Positions 1 to 9,415 of a stretch of DNA of 64,000 bases are shown here, piece by piece. The stretch lies in the NCBI GenBank assembly GCA_043763635.1, contig JAYULK010000009.1, positions 906 through 64,905 of the forward strand. The letters are read 5' to 3'. This DNA is from Chitinophagaceae bacterium (GTDB lineage Bacteria; Bacteroidota; Bacteroidia; Chitinophagales; Chitinophagaceae). The notes under the pieces are model-generated. The model had not been told where the DNA came from. It was given only the letters and a program-made list of their open reading frames with translations, and did no database searches. How positions within the stretch are numbered: position 1 is the first letter of the stretch; each line of letters starts with the position of its first letter. A program made the translations under genes and the position numbers.

Positions 1-21
1 ATTTAATGGAAACACCCAGCC

Positions 22-174
22 ATGAAAAAAATTATAGTCCTCGCTACAGCAGGTATGCTCACCACAGCAACTATTGTGTATGCAAATGTTGCTTCTGAAA
101 AGAAAGTAAAAAAGGAAGTAGTTGTAAAAAAAGATTCTAAGTGTACTAAGTCAAAACGTAATTGCATTTTTTAA
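22..174 (+). CDS. Small (50 aa) secreted lysine-rich peptide, MKKIIVLATAGMLTTATIVYANVASEKKVKKEVVVKKDSKCTKSKRNCIF
   Basis: ATG at 22, TAA at 172-174, too short for the supplied ORF track. N-terminal Sec-like signal. The mature part is very cationic and has two C-terminal Cys. A hairpin plus T-run follows directly. No homology recognised. Confidence 0.35.
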   Translation: MKKIIVLATAGMLTTATIVYANVASEKKVKKEVVVKKDSKCTKSKRNCIF

Positions 175-196
175 GAACAACCACAATTAACAATGC

Positions 197-219
197 AGCC
201 TTCTTCGGAAGGCTTTTTT
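197..219 (+). terminator. Rho-independent terminator-like hairpin between converging genes
   Basis: agccttc-ttcg-gaaggct (7-bp stem, tetraloop) followed by ttttt. Sits between the small ORF stop (174) and the HAD gene stop (221). Confidence 0.6.
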
Positions 220-220
220 A

Positions 221-916
221 TTAAAAAATATTTTTCAATTGTTTTAAGGTAGTTACCGTATACGTTGGCTTTAAATCTTGTACATTACCCATAAAGTTCA
301 CATGTACCTGGTCCATGCCAATATTCATTGCGCCAAGTATATCAACATCTAATGTATCACCAATCATTACGCTTTCTGCCAGCGTAGCATTGGCCTTACT
401 CAAAGCATACTCAAAAATTTCTTTTTCGGGTTTCAGGCTATTCGATCCTTCTGAGGTTATAACTTCTTTAAAGAAAGCTCTTAATCCACAGCTTCGCAGC
501 TTAGTTTGTTGCACTTCTTCAAATCCGTTGGTTATCAAATGAAGGTTGTATCCTTTATCCGTTAAATATTGCAATACATCTTTAGTGTTGGGGAAAAGAA
601 TAGTACGGGTAGGCAATAATTGTAAAAACAATTCGCTTAACTGTTTTGCCAGGTCATCATCAGCTATTTTAAAATCAAGAAGCGTAAGCCACATTCGCTT
701 TAGTCGAAGTTCATCTTGTTTAATTGATCCTTTTCTATATTTCGCCCAAAGCTTTTCGTTGTGTGCTAAGTAATTTTTATGAAAGCGGTCAAAATCGTGA
801 ATGCCTTTATCCGCAAGTTGCAAATCAATGTGCAATTGAGCCAAAGTGGTTTTGGCATTAGCATCAAAGTCCCATAACGTATGATCAAGGTCAAAAAAAA
901 GGTGCTTATACTTCAT
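221..916 (-). CDS. HAD-superfamily hydrolase (YjjG-like nucleotidase type)
   Basis: 231-aa ORF. N-terminal motif FFDLDHTLWDF (DxD nucleophile) and C-terminal GDTLDVDILGA motif, both typical of HAD phosphatases. Confidence 0.85.
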   Translation of the reverse strand: MKYKHLFFDLDHTLWDFDANAKTTLAQLHIDLQLADKGIHDFDRFHKNYLAHNEKLWAKYRKGSIKQDELRLKRMWLTLLDFKIADDDLAKQLSELFLQLLPTRTILFPNTKDVLQYLTDKGYNLHLITNGFEEVQQTKLRSCGLRAFFKEVITSEGSNSLKPEKEIFEYALSKANATLAESVMIGDTLDVDILGAMNIGMDQVHVNFMGNVQDLKPTYTVTTLKQLKNIF

Positions 917-981
917 GAATGCCTTTCCTTAAATACATTTATTTTGCAGCAAATTATGGCAACTAAAATTAAACCAACATT

Positions 982-1683
982 ATGAATGCAGTTATTACCG
1001 GAGCATCGAGGGGAATTGGAAAAGCCGTTGCAGAAATTTTTGCTACTCATGGATATAATCTTTTTTTATGTTCAAGAAATGAAAACAATTTATTAGAAAC
1101 TGTGGAAGAACTTAAAACCCTATATCCCGGTATTACCATACAGGCGCAGGCCTTCGACCTTGGAAAAAAACAGGAGGCTATTTTGTTTGGTGAATGGATA
1201 ACTAATAATGTTTCTACCATTGATGTATTGATTAACAATGTGGGAAGCTATTTACCAGGCAATATTTCAGATGAACCTGATGGGGCATTAGAACAAATGC
1301 TGGAGGTAAATTTATACAGTGCATATCATACTACAAGAGCAGTGCTGCCAAGAATGATTAAAGAAAAAAGTGGTCATATTTTCACAATCTGTTCCATCGC
1401 AAGCTTAAGTGCTTACCCAAATGGCGGCGCTTATAGCATTAGCAAATATGCTTTACTTGGTTTTACAAAAAATCTGCGCCAGGAGTTGAAGCCGCATTAT
1501 ATAAAGGTAACGGCTGTTATACCTGGTGCTGTATATACCGATTCGTGGAAAGGCAGCGGTGTGCCGGAAAGCAGGATAATGGAAGCGGAAGATATTGCCA
1601 CCATGATTTATACAACAAGCCGCTTATCGCCACAGGCCACAGTTGAAGAAATTGTTATACGGCCGCAGCTAGGAGATTTATAA
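982..1683 (+). CDS. Short-chain dehydrogenase/reductase (SDR) family oxidoreductase
   Basis: 233-aa ORF. TGASRGIG cofactor motif at the N-terminus and YSISK (YxxxK) catalytic motif. Confidence 0.9.
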   Translation: MNAVITGASRGIGKAVAEIFATHGYNLFLCSRNENNLLETVEELKTLYPGITIQAQAFDLGKKQEAILFGEWITNNVSTIDVLINNVGSYLPGNISDEPDGALEQMLEVNLYSAYHTTRAVLPRMIKEKSGHIFTICSIASLSAYPNGGAYSISKYALLGFTKNLRQELKPHYIKVTAVIPGAVYTDSWKGSGVPESRIMEAEDIATMIYTTSRLSPQATVEEIVIRPQLGDL

Positions 1684-1786
1684 ATGCGACTACTTAGCCT
1701 TTTATAGGGCTTTGCATTTTTAAATTCGTATCAATACATCAGAGAATTATCAACAGTATAGAGACATTTTCAGTAACTTATAAACT

Positions 1787-2083
1787 ATGATCATACAAAG
1801 CATTCTGGAAGAGCTACAAACCGGTAGTCATCCTATAGCCAAAGCACTGCATAAAGGACAACATTTTAAAGTATTGGTAATTGGTTTCAAAGCAGGGATG
1901 AAACTAAAAGATCATGAAGCGCATCAAACTTCAAAATTGACGGTTATTTCCGGAAGTGTGCTTTATAAGGAAGGTGAAAAAAGCATTATCCTAAAAACGT
2001 ATGATGAAACTGATATTCCCATAAATGTTACACATTCTGTTGAAGCTTTCGAAGATAGCCTTTGCCTGCTTACACAAGGGTAA
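1787..2083 (+). CDS. Small cupin-like protein
   Basis: 98-aa ORF. Beta-rich, with His-containing segments (KDHEAH, VTHSVE) in a cupin-like arrangement. The family assignment is tentative. Confidence 0.5.
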   Translation: MIIQSILEELQTGSHPIAKALHKGQHFKVLVIGFKAGMKLKDHEAHQTSKLTVISGSVLYKEGEKSIILKTYDETDIPINVTHSVEAFEDSLCLLTQG

Positions 2084-2129
2084 CTGTTTCTCTAAATAAA
2101 CATTTTCATATTTCAACTGTATACCTACT

Positions 2130-3056
2130 ATGGCAACGGTATTAATAACGGGGGGCACAGGCTTAATTGGAAAAGCGCTATCAGCAGAATTAATGAAGAA
2201 GGGCTATGAAGTGATTATTCTTTCAAGGAAATCTGCTTCGGGCCTTCAATCGGGAATTAGGTACGCCCAATGGAATATAGAAGAACAAACTATTGATGCA
2301 TCCGCTGTTTGCTCTGCTGATTTTATTGTTCATTTAGCTGGTGCAAATGTTGCCGAAGGACGATGGACAAAAACGCGGAAGAAAGAAATTTTTGAAAGCC
2401 GTAGCCAAAGTGCAGCGCTTATAATAAAAGGGCTTACAGAAAATACAAACAAAGTTCAGGGAGTCATTAGCGCTTCTGCTATTGGCTGGTATGGCGCTGA
2501 CCCTGTTATCCCTAATCCAAAGCCATTTGTTGAAACTGCTCTACCTGATAAATCATTCTTAGGCACTACCTGCAAAGCCTGGGAAGAAAGCATACAGCCT
2601 GTTATTGCACTTGGCAAGCGACTGGTGATATTGCGGACAGGTATTGTGTTAAGTAATGAGGGAGGAGCCTATAAGGAATTTAAAAAACCATTGCAGTTTG
2701 GCGCAGCCACAATATTAGGAAGTGGCAAACAGATTATTAGCTGGGTTCATATCAATGATATTGTTGGTGTTTATTTGTATGCTATTGAGAATAATAAAAT
2801 TGATGGTGTATATAATGCCGTAGCGCCCCAACCGGTTAGCAACAAAGATTTAATTCTTTCAATAGCAAAGGAAAAACAAATAGCAGTGCCCATTCATGTT
2901 CCGGAGTTTGCATTGAAGATTGCGTTGGGTGAGATGAGTGTTGAGGTTTTAAAAAGTGCAACAGTTAGTAGTAAAAAAATGGAAGACGCCGGTTACTTAT
3001 TTCAGTTTCCATCTCTTGAAGGGGCAGTGAATAACTTAGTAATAACCCAGCGATAA
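2130..3056 (+). CDS. NAD-dependent epimerase/dehydratase family protein (TIGR01777/YfcH-like)
   Basis: 308-aa ORF. ITGGTGLIGKAL Rossmann motif. Length and C-terminal region are typical of the YfcH/SDR39U1 group. Confidence 0.8.
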   Translation: MATVLITGGTGLIGKALSAELMKKGYEVIILSRKSASGLQSGIRYAQWNIEEQTIDASAVCSADFIVHLAGANVAEGRWTKTRKKEIFESRSQSAALIIKGLTENTNKVQGVISASAIGWYGADPVIPNPKPFVETALPDKSFLGTTCKAWEESIQPVIALGKRLVILRTGIVLSNEGGAYKEFKKPLQFGAATILGSGKQIISWVHINDIVGVYLYAIENNKIDGVYNAVAPQPVSNKDLILSIAKEKQIAVPIHVPEFALKIALGEMSVEVLKSATVSSKKMEDAGYLFQFPSLEGAVNNLVITQR

Positions 3057-3124
3057 AAATTAAAGCAATATTCATCACCTAAGCGGTGCGTACCTACAGT
3101 CATTTAAAATGTACCTATCCTGCG

Positions 3125-4198
3125 TTAATATGCCGGAATATGTTGCATCACATACCCCGCAATTTCTGTTAATGGTAATACCTTGTTGGCAGCATTTAGT
3201 AAAATGGCTTCTTTAGGCATTCCAAAAACTACAGAAGACTTTTCATCTTGAGCAATGGTACAAGCTCCAGATTCTTTCATTTCGAGCAGGCCCTTAGCGC
3301 CATCTGCGCCCATGCCTGTAAGCAATATGCCAATGCTGTTCTTTCCTGCATAAATAGCTGCCGAACGGAACAGTACATCTACTGATGGGCGGTGGCGGTT
3401 TACCAGCGGGCCATCATTAACTTCTACATAATAAGACGAACCTTTTTTCTTTAGCAATACATGTTGGTTTCCGGGTGCAACCAATGCTATCCCTTTCCTT
3501 ACTATATCTCCATTTGCAGCTTCCTTTACCTCAATTTTGCAAAGGTCATTCAGCCGGTCTGCAAAAGATTTAGTAAAATTTTCAGGCATGTGCTGAACAA
3601 TAAGAACTCCAGGCGCATCGGCTGGCAATGCTTGCAGAAAAATCCTAATCGCCTCGGTTCCCCCTGTAGATGCACCTAAAACAATCACTTTTTCGGTGGT
3701 TGTCACCACATTTTTGCAGCGCACATTTGGCAATACAGCATCGGCAGATAATTTAGGAATAACAATAGTGGGAACTGAAGATTTTTTTCCTAAGAAAGAA
3801 CGGGCGGCCCCTTTAATAACATTGCATATTTTTATTTTGGCTTCAATAGAAATTTCTTTTGCTTCTAACATTTCTTTACTCATTACATCTACAGCTCCAT
3901 ATTCCAAAGCCCTGGAAACAATTTGTTTGTTGGTTCGCACCAGGTCAGAAATCACTACTACCGGTACCGGGTATTGAGACATTATCTTTTTCAAAAAAGT
4001 TAAGCCATTCATACGGGACATTTCTATATCCATTGTAATTACATCAGGCACCCACCTTGTCATTTTATTTGCTGCTATATACGGGTCAGAAGCAGTAGCA
4101 ATTACTTCAATTATGGGATCTGAAATTAATATTTGAGTCAATGCTTGTCTGAAAGCCGAAGAACCATCAACGATCAGCACTTTTATAGTTTCGTTCAT
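3125..4198 (-). CDS. cheB: Chemotaxis response regulator protein-glutamate methylesterase CheB
   Basis: 357-aa ORF. N-terminal receiver (VLIVDGS, ITMDIEM) followed by a methylesterase domain with GASTGG and VQHMP motifs. Confidence 0.93.
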   Translation of the reverse strand: MNETIKVLIVDGSSAFRQALTQILISDPIIEVIATASDPYIAANKMTRWVPDVITMDIEMSRMNGLTFLKKIMSQYPVPVVVISDLVRTNKQIVSRALEYGAVDVMSKEMLEAKEISIEAKIKICNVIKGAARSFLGKKSSVPTIVIPKLSADAVLPNVRCKNVVTTTEKVIVLGASTGGTEAIRIFLQALPADAPGVLIVQHMPENFTKSFADRLNDLCKIEVKEAANGDIVRKGIALVAPGNQHVLLKKKGSSYYVEVNDGPLVNRHRPSVDVLFRSAAIYAGKNSIGILLTGMGADGAKGLLEMKESGACTIAQDEKSSVVFGMPKEAILLNAANKVLPLTEIAGYVMQHIPAY

Positions 4199-4212
4199 TT
4201 TGCAGAAAGGTT

Positions 4213-4731
4213 TTACTTATGAGCATTATTTTTCTGATCAATAACGTTGATATCCTGTTTGATATAGCTTATTAAAACTTCTCCTGTGGTGGAGTTGAAA
4301 ATTACTTTGCGGCCATGAGGCCCTCCCACACTAAAGCTTACAATTGGTATCTGCTCCATTTTTAGAAGGTCCTGGGCCAGTACAATGTTGCGCCTGCCTA
4401 TATTAAATGCACTGTTGGAATGTGCTATTTCACTGCCACCAAAAATTTTTGCCTGTATATTATTTTTTGTGCTTCCCATTTTCATCATTCGGTGAATGAT
4501 TTCAGGTATAGCAACGTTCCCATATTTATAAGATGTGCTGCTCTCTTTGTTACCCGAGGGCAACATGTAATGATTAATGCTTGCACAAAGCATAAGCGGA
4601 TCCCACAAGAATATTGCTATGCAGGATCCCAAAATAGTATCAACTATATGCGGTTTTTTACTTGAAAATATTTCTCCAGGCAATAAATAATATTTCTCTG
4701 TATTGCCAACATTCAAAGACATTTCATGCAT
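4213..4731 (-). CDS. cheD: Chemoreceptor glutamine deamidase CheD
   Basis: 172-aa ORF. TILGSCIAIFLWD, INHYMLP and KIFGG motifs characteristic of CheD. Its start lies 1 nt after the cheR stop. Confidence 0.9.
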   Translation of the reverse strand: MHEMSLNVGNTEKYYLLPGEIFSSKKPHIVDTILGSCIAIFLWDPLMLCASINHYMLPSGNKESSTSYKYGNVAIPEIIHRMMKMGSTKNNIQAKIFGGSEIAHSNSAFNIGRRNIVLAQDLLKMEQIPIVSFSVGGPHGRKVIFNSTTGEVLISYIKQDINVIDQKNNAHK

Positions 4732-4732
4732 A

Positions 4733-5578
4733 CTAAATTTTTTTGAATGTTGTGGGTTGAATTTGTTTTAGTGGAAGATTCATATTTGAAATTGATTCAG
4801 AGTGGCCTAAGAACAGGAAACCACCAGCCTCTAATCTTGAGCATAATTTTAGAATGACTTTTTCCTGTGTAGGCCTGTCGAAGTAAATAAGAACATTTCT
4901 GCAAAAAACTACGTTGAAGCTTTGGGCGTAATCAATAGAGCCATCAATGAAATTAAATCTCTTGAAACTTACTTTTGTTCTTAGCTCCGGCACTATGCGG
5001 ACTGTCTTTTTTTGGCTATCCCTGCTTTTCAGCAAATATTTTTTCTTAAATGCCAGGGGAACAGGGCCAACTTTTTCTTCGGTAAATACTGCAGTAGCAG
5101 CGGCATTAAGTGCCTGGCTGGAAATATCAGTTGCAAAAATGTCAAAATCAAACCCAGGGTATTTTTCTGAAAATTCACTTAAAACCATGGCCAGTGTATA
5201 GGGCTCTTCTCCGGTAGAACATCCGGCACTCCAAATTCGAAAGGGCTTTCCAGTATTTTCTTTAATGTATTTTGGCAGCACTTCACCTGATAAAAAATCA
5301 AAATGATTTGCTTCTCTAAAAAAATCTGTTTTATTGGTTGTTACTACATCAATTAAATGTACAGGCTCGAGCCGTTGGCCTTCGTCGCTAAATACGTATG
5401 AGCAATAGTCACTAAAAGAGCAAATGTTCAAAGCTTTAAGCCTTTTTTGTAAACGACCTTCAAGCATAGTTTTTTTAGAGAGTGGAAGCTTTATGCCATA
5501 GTTCGTTCCTATAAAACCACTAAGCCTGCTAAATTCGGTATTGGTCATATTTAAATGATAAGCGTTGTAAAAAGGCAA
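4733..5578 (-). CDS. cheR: Chemotaxis protein methyltransferase CheR
   Basis: 281-aa ORF. FFRE motif and SAM-binding segment RIWSAGCSTGEEPYTLAM. Confidence 0.93.
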   Translation of the reverse strand: MPFYNAYHLNMTNTEFSRLSGFIGTNYGIKLPLSKKTMLEGRLQKRLKALNICSFSDYCSYVFSDEGQRLEPVHLIDVVTTNKTDFFREANHFDFLSGEVLPKYIKENTGKPFRIWSAGCSTGEEPYTLAMVLSEFSEKYPGFDFDIFATDISSQALNAAATAVFTEEKVGPVPLAFKKKYLLKSRDSQKKTVRIVPELRTKVSFKRFNFIDGSIDYAQSFNVVFCRNVLIYFDRPTQEKVILKLCSRLEAGGFLFLGHSESISNMNLPLKQIQPTTFKKI

Positions 5579-5612
5579 TTTCCTCAGGACAATTCAGTAG
5601 CTCTTTGTTTGT

Positions 5613-7280
5613 TTAAAATCTTTCATATTCCTCATCCAGCCCATCCATATTCAACCTAACCCCATTATTTAAATGAACCCCATTGGATTTATATTTAGCC
5701 ATTGGTTTATTTTTTTTTACAACGCTGTTTTTATTCAATTCAATATAGCTTTTGTCAACAAATGATGTTGTGTTTTTCTCCCCTTCATCTAATTTGAAAA
5801 AGGAGATGATCTCTTTCAATTGATCGGCCTGGGAAGAGAGTTCTTCTGCGCTTGCAGCCATTTCTTCTGATGTTGCAGCGTTCTGCTGGGTAACCTGGTT
5901 TAACTGCTGTAATGCATTGTTTATTTGCCCTGCCCCAAGATTTTGCTCTATGCTTGATGCGCTAATTTCCGCTACCAGTTTTGCCGTATGTTGTATGCTG
6001 GGAACAATCTGTTCCAAAAGCTTTCCTGATTTTTCAGCGATACTAACGCTGGATTGAGACAGCTCATTTATTTCAATAGCCGCAACCTGAGATTTTTCGG
6101 CAAGCTTTCTTACCTCGGCAGCCACCACTGCAAAGCCCCGCCCTTGATCACCTGCCCTTGCTGCTTCAACTGCTGCGTTTAATGCAAGGATATTTGTTTG
6201 CCTGGCAATATCACTAATGATAGAAATTTTATTGGCAATTGATTTCATGGAAACACTTGCCTGGTTTACCGCAGCACTACCTTCCAAAGCGTCCTCTGAA
6301 GCTTTTATGGCAATCTTCTCAGTCTGCTGTGCATTTTCTGTATTATTCTGAACATTTGCAACCATCTGTTCCATTGATGATGAAACTTCTTCAGTGGCTG
6401 CGGCCTGCTCCGTTGCCCCTTGAGACATTTGTTGTGATGAAGAACTTAATTCCTGCCCTGCAGCAACAATATTGTCTGATGCTGAACTCACATAAGAAAT
6501 AACACTTTTAAATTTAGCGACCATCTTTTTTAAGTCTGTTAACAGGTTTCCAATTTCATCTTTGTTAGAACAGTCAATGTCTACCGAAAGGTGCCCTTCG
6601 GATAATTTTGAAACCACGGAAGATGCATTTTTTATTGATGTGCGAATGCTTTTTACAATTAGTATTGATATAGTTAAGGCCAGAGCAATCCCAATAATAA
6701 TAAGTGCATAACAATTAAATTTTGATTGTTGATAAATGGCAGCGCCTTTAATATATTCTTTATCGGCTACCAAAAGCTGAATATCAATCAGCTCATTTAT
6801 TTTGCCTGTAACGGGATCTATCTGGGGGTATATTTCTTTAATTGCGAACATCTTTAAAGCCACGGTATCTTCCCTTTCAACAATTGATTCCAACGACGTT
6901 AAGGCTTCTTCTGCATTTCTCATATATTCCTGAACCTGGTCAGCTATTTTCTTTTCCTCAGGGGTAATATATGTTTGTAAATATGTGCGCCAATTACTTT
7001 CTATAGCAGCTTTAGCTTTCTTTATATTTTTTCTTCCTGTCTTAAAATCAACATTGCCGTTTCTCATTTTATGAGTGGCATCCACTATTTCCACGGCATA
7101 CATGTCCGAAATAATTTTTAACTGTTTCAATGGGACTACCCTGTCTTTATAAACGCTTTCTAAAGACCGGTTCACCGTGTTCAGATTGCTGATGCCATAA
7201 ATTCCTGTTATTAATATGATACAGGAAGTAAGGAATACCAGGAAAAATAGTTTTGTTGAAACATTAATATTGTTGATCAT
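5613..7280 (-). CDS. Methyl-accepting chemotaxis protein (four-helix-bundle sensor, HAMP, signalling domain, C-terminal EYERF)
   Basis: 555-aa ORF. Two TM segments flank a helical sensor of about 160 aa. HAMP-like segment (SEGHLSVDID...DEIGNLL). Conserved hairpin tip [37 protein letters not shown]. Confidence 0.93.
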   Translation of the reverse strand: MINNINVSTKLFFLVFLTSCIILITGIYGISNLNTVNRSLESVYKDRVVPLKQLKIISDMYAVEIVDATHKMRNGNVDFKTGRKNIKKAKAAIESNWRTYLQTYITPEEKKIADQVQEYMRNAEEALTSLESIVEREDTVALKMFAIKEIYPQIDPVTGKINELIDIQLLVADKEYIKGAAIYQQSKFNCYALIIIGIALALTISILIVKSIRTSIKNASSVVSKLSEGHLSVDIDCSNKDEIGNLLTDLKKMVAKFKSVISYVSSASDNIVAAGQELSSSSQQMSQGATEQAAATEEVSSSMEQMVANVQNNTENAQQTEKIAIKASEDALEGSAAVNQASVSMKSIANKISIISDIARQTNILALNAAVEAARAGDQGRGFAVVAAEVRKLAEKSQVAAIEINELSQSSVSIAEKSGKLLEQIVPSIQHTAKLVAEISASSIEQNLGAGQINNALQQLNQVTQQNAATSEEMAASAEELSSQADQLKEIISFFKLDEGEKNTTSFVDKSYIELNKNSVVKKNKPMAKYKSNGVHLNNGVRLNMDGLDEEYERF

Positions 7281-7321
7281 TTTGTTGTTGATTGACAGTT
7301 TGGTTTTTTATAAGTTTGGCT

Positions 7322-8884
7322 TTAAAACTTCTCATATTTTTCATCCAGCAAGTCTTTGCCATTCATGTTTAAATTAATGCCGCCGTAGCCATTACTATGA
7401 AGCGCTTTCTTTTTTTTCGTAAGGCTTCCATTGTTTGAATGATTTGTATAGCGGGGCAAGTTTAACGGTGCTTCGTGATTCTGTATTTTAGACTTTATAT
7501 CATTTCCAATATCAAAGTTTATAATGTCTTTTAAGTGATCGGCCTGGCTTGAAAGTTCTTCGGCGCTAGCCGCCATTTCTTCAGAAATTGCAGCATTTTG
7601 TTGTACTACCTGGTTTAATTGTTGGAGCGCTTTATTCACTTCGTTAGCCCCGGTATTTTGTTCAATGCTTGAAAGGCTTATTTCCTGAACGAGCTTAGCG
7701 GTTTTTTGAATTTCCGGAACTATTTCTTCTAAAAGTTTGCCTGATTTTTCGGCAACCAATACTCCGTTTTTTGAAAGGTTATTAATTTCGAATGCTGCGG
7801 TTTGAGAGCGTTCTGCAAGCTTACGTACTTCTGAAGCTACAACAGCAAAGCCTCTTCCATAATCTCCTGCACGGGCAGCTTCTACTGCAGCATTTAATGC
7901 GAGCAGGTTTGTTTGGCGTGCTATATCTCCAATAATAGAAATGCGGTCAGCAATTTCTTTCATGGATTGTACGGTATGATTTACAGCTTTATTTCCCTCT
8001 ATAATATCCTCTGCTACTTTAATAGCAATCTTTTCTGTTTGCAAAGCATTGTGAGTGTTTTGCTGAATGCTCGCTGCAATCTGTTCCATTGATGCAGAAA
8101 CCTCTTCAGCAGAAGCAGCTTGTTCTGTGGCGCCTTCAGACATTTGTTGGGATGAGGAATTCAATTGCGTGCTTGCTGCTGATATGTTATCTGCTGCTGT
8201 CTGTACAAAAGAAATTAGCTCCTTTAGCTTTACAACAATGCTATTAATATTTTTAATAATAAAAAATGATATTAAGAGGCCAATTAAAATACTTGATATA
8301 ATTAGCAAGTAGGCATGATTACGTGCTTCTAAATAAATTGTGTTTGATTTGTTGTATTCACTCTGGGCTACCCTTAATTGAAGGTTTATAAGCTCGCCGA
8401 TTTTTTGAGAAATGGGGTCTATCTTATTATATAATTCCTTCCTGGTATAGTTGTTTAAACCTGCTGAGTCTTCTTTTTCAACAATGCGTTCCAAAGATTC
8501 AATTGATTCATTAGAGATGTTCATTAATTGCTTCACTTCATTTGCCAAATCCTTTTCTTCCGCTGTCAGATATGTTGCAGTATAAGATTTCCAATTGAGG
8601 TCTATTTCTTCTTTAGCTTTTTTAATATTGCTCTTCCCGGTTTCCCAACTTGTATTTCCATTTCTCATTTTATGTGTTGCATCAACAATATCCACTGCAT
8701 ACATATCAGATATGGTTTTAAGCTGCTTTAATGGAATTACCCTGTCCTTATAAACAGTCTCTATTGAAGCATTTACAATTTTTAAATTACGTACACCATA
8801 CATTCCTATTATTCCAATGATCATGGACATTACAATTACAAGAAATAATAGCTTGGTTGATACCTTAATATTTTTCATCATCAT
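7322..8884 (-). CDS. Methyl-accepting chemotaxis protein, paralog without the HAMP segment, C-terminal KYEKF
   Basis: 520-aa ORF. Its sensor domain closely parallels the neighbouring MCP and it has the same hairpin-tip motif. TM2 runs straight into the signalling helices. Confidence 0.93.
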   Translation of the reverse strand: MMMKNIKVSTKLLFLVIVMSMIIGIIGMYGVRNLKIVNASIETVYKDRVIPLKQLKTISDMYAVDIVDATHKMRNGNTSWETGKSNIKKAKEEIDLNWKSYTATYLTAEEKDLANEVKQLMNISNESIESLERIVEKEDSAGLNNYTRKELYNKIDPISQKIGELINLQLRVAQSEYNKSNTIYLEARNHAYLLIISSILIGLLISFFIIKNINSIVVKLKELISFVQTAADNISAASTQLNSSSQQMSEGATEQAASAEEVSASMEQIAASIQQNTHNALQTEKIAIKVAEDIIEGNKAVNHTVQSMKEIADRISIIGDIARQTNLLALNAAVEAARAGDYGRGFAVVASEVRKLAERSQTAAFEINNLSKNGVLVAEKSGKLLEEIVPEIQKTAKLVQEISLSSIEQNTGANEVNKALQQLNQVVQQNAAISEEMAASAEELSSQADHLKDIINFDIGNDIKSKIQNHEAPLNLPRYTNHSNNGSLTKKKKALHSNGYGGINLNMNGKDLLDEKYEKF

Positions 8885-8938
8885 TTATATTTATATTTTT
8901 CATCTGGTATGACAATATTGTTAATTGCATTTTATCAC

Positions 8939-9415
8939 TTAATGTTCAACTTCCATAACTGAAAGATCTTCTGCAGAGAACACTTTATCTATATTGAGTA
9001 TCATAATAAAATCTTCGTCAACTTTTCCAATACCCGTAAGAAAATCCTCTCTGTAAATTGCTCCCATACTCATGGAAGGTTGTATTGATTCTGTCGGGAT
9101 GTCAATTACTTTTTGCACAGAATCAACAATAGCTCCTACTAATAAAGTATCGTTATCGTTATTTATAGTTAAGACTATAATGCATGTATCAATGGTAAAG
9201 TCTTCTGCCTGCATGCTAAACTTGTTACGTGTATCAATTAGGGGTAAAATGTTGCCGCGTAAATTAATTACACCTTTCATAAACAATGGAGATTTTGGAA
9301 CTTTAGTAATAGGTTTCATTTCTAATATTTCAAGAACCTTGCTCACATTAATTGCAAAAAGTTCGTTATCAAGTTTAAAAGTTAGAAATGATTCTGTTTT
9401 TTGTATTACTGACAT
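8939..9415 (-). CDS. cheW: Chemotaxis coupling protein CheW
   Basis: 158-aa ORF. CheW-like fold pattern (FKLDNELFAINV, GVINLRGNILPLID). Its start overlaps the cheA stop. Confidence 0.9.
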   Translation of the reverse strand: MSVIQKTESFLTFKLDNELFAINVSKVLEILEMKPITKVPKSPLFMKGVINLRGNILPLIDTRNKFSMQAEDFTIDTCIIVLTINNDNDTLLVGAIVDSVQKVIDIPTESIQPSMSMGAIYREDFLTGIGKVDEDFIMILNIDKVFSAEDLSVMEVEH

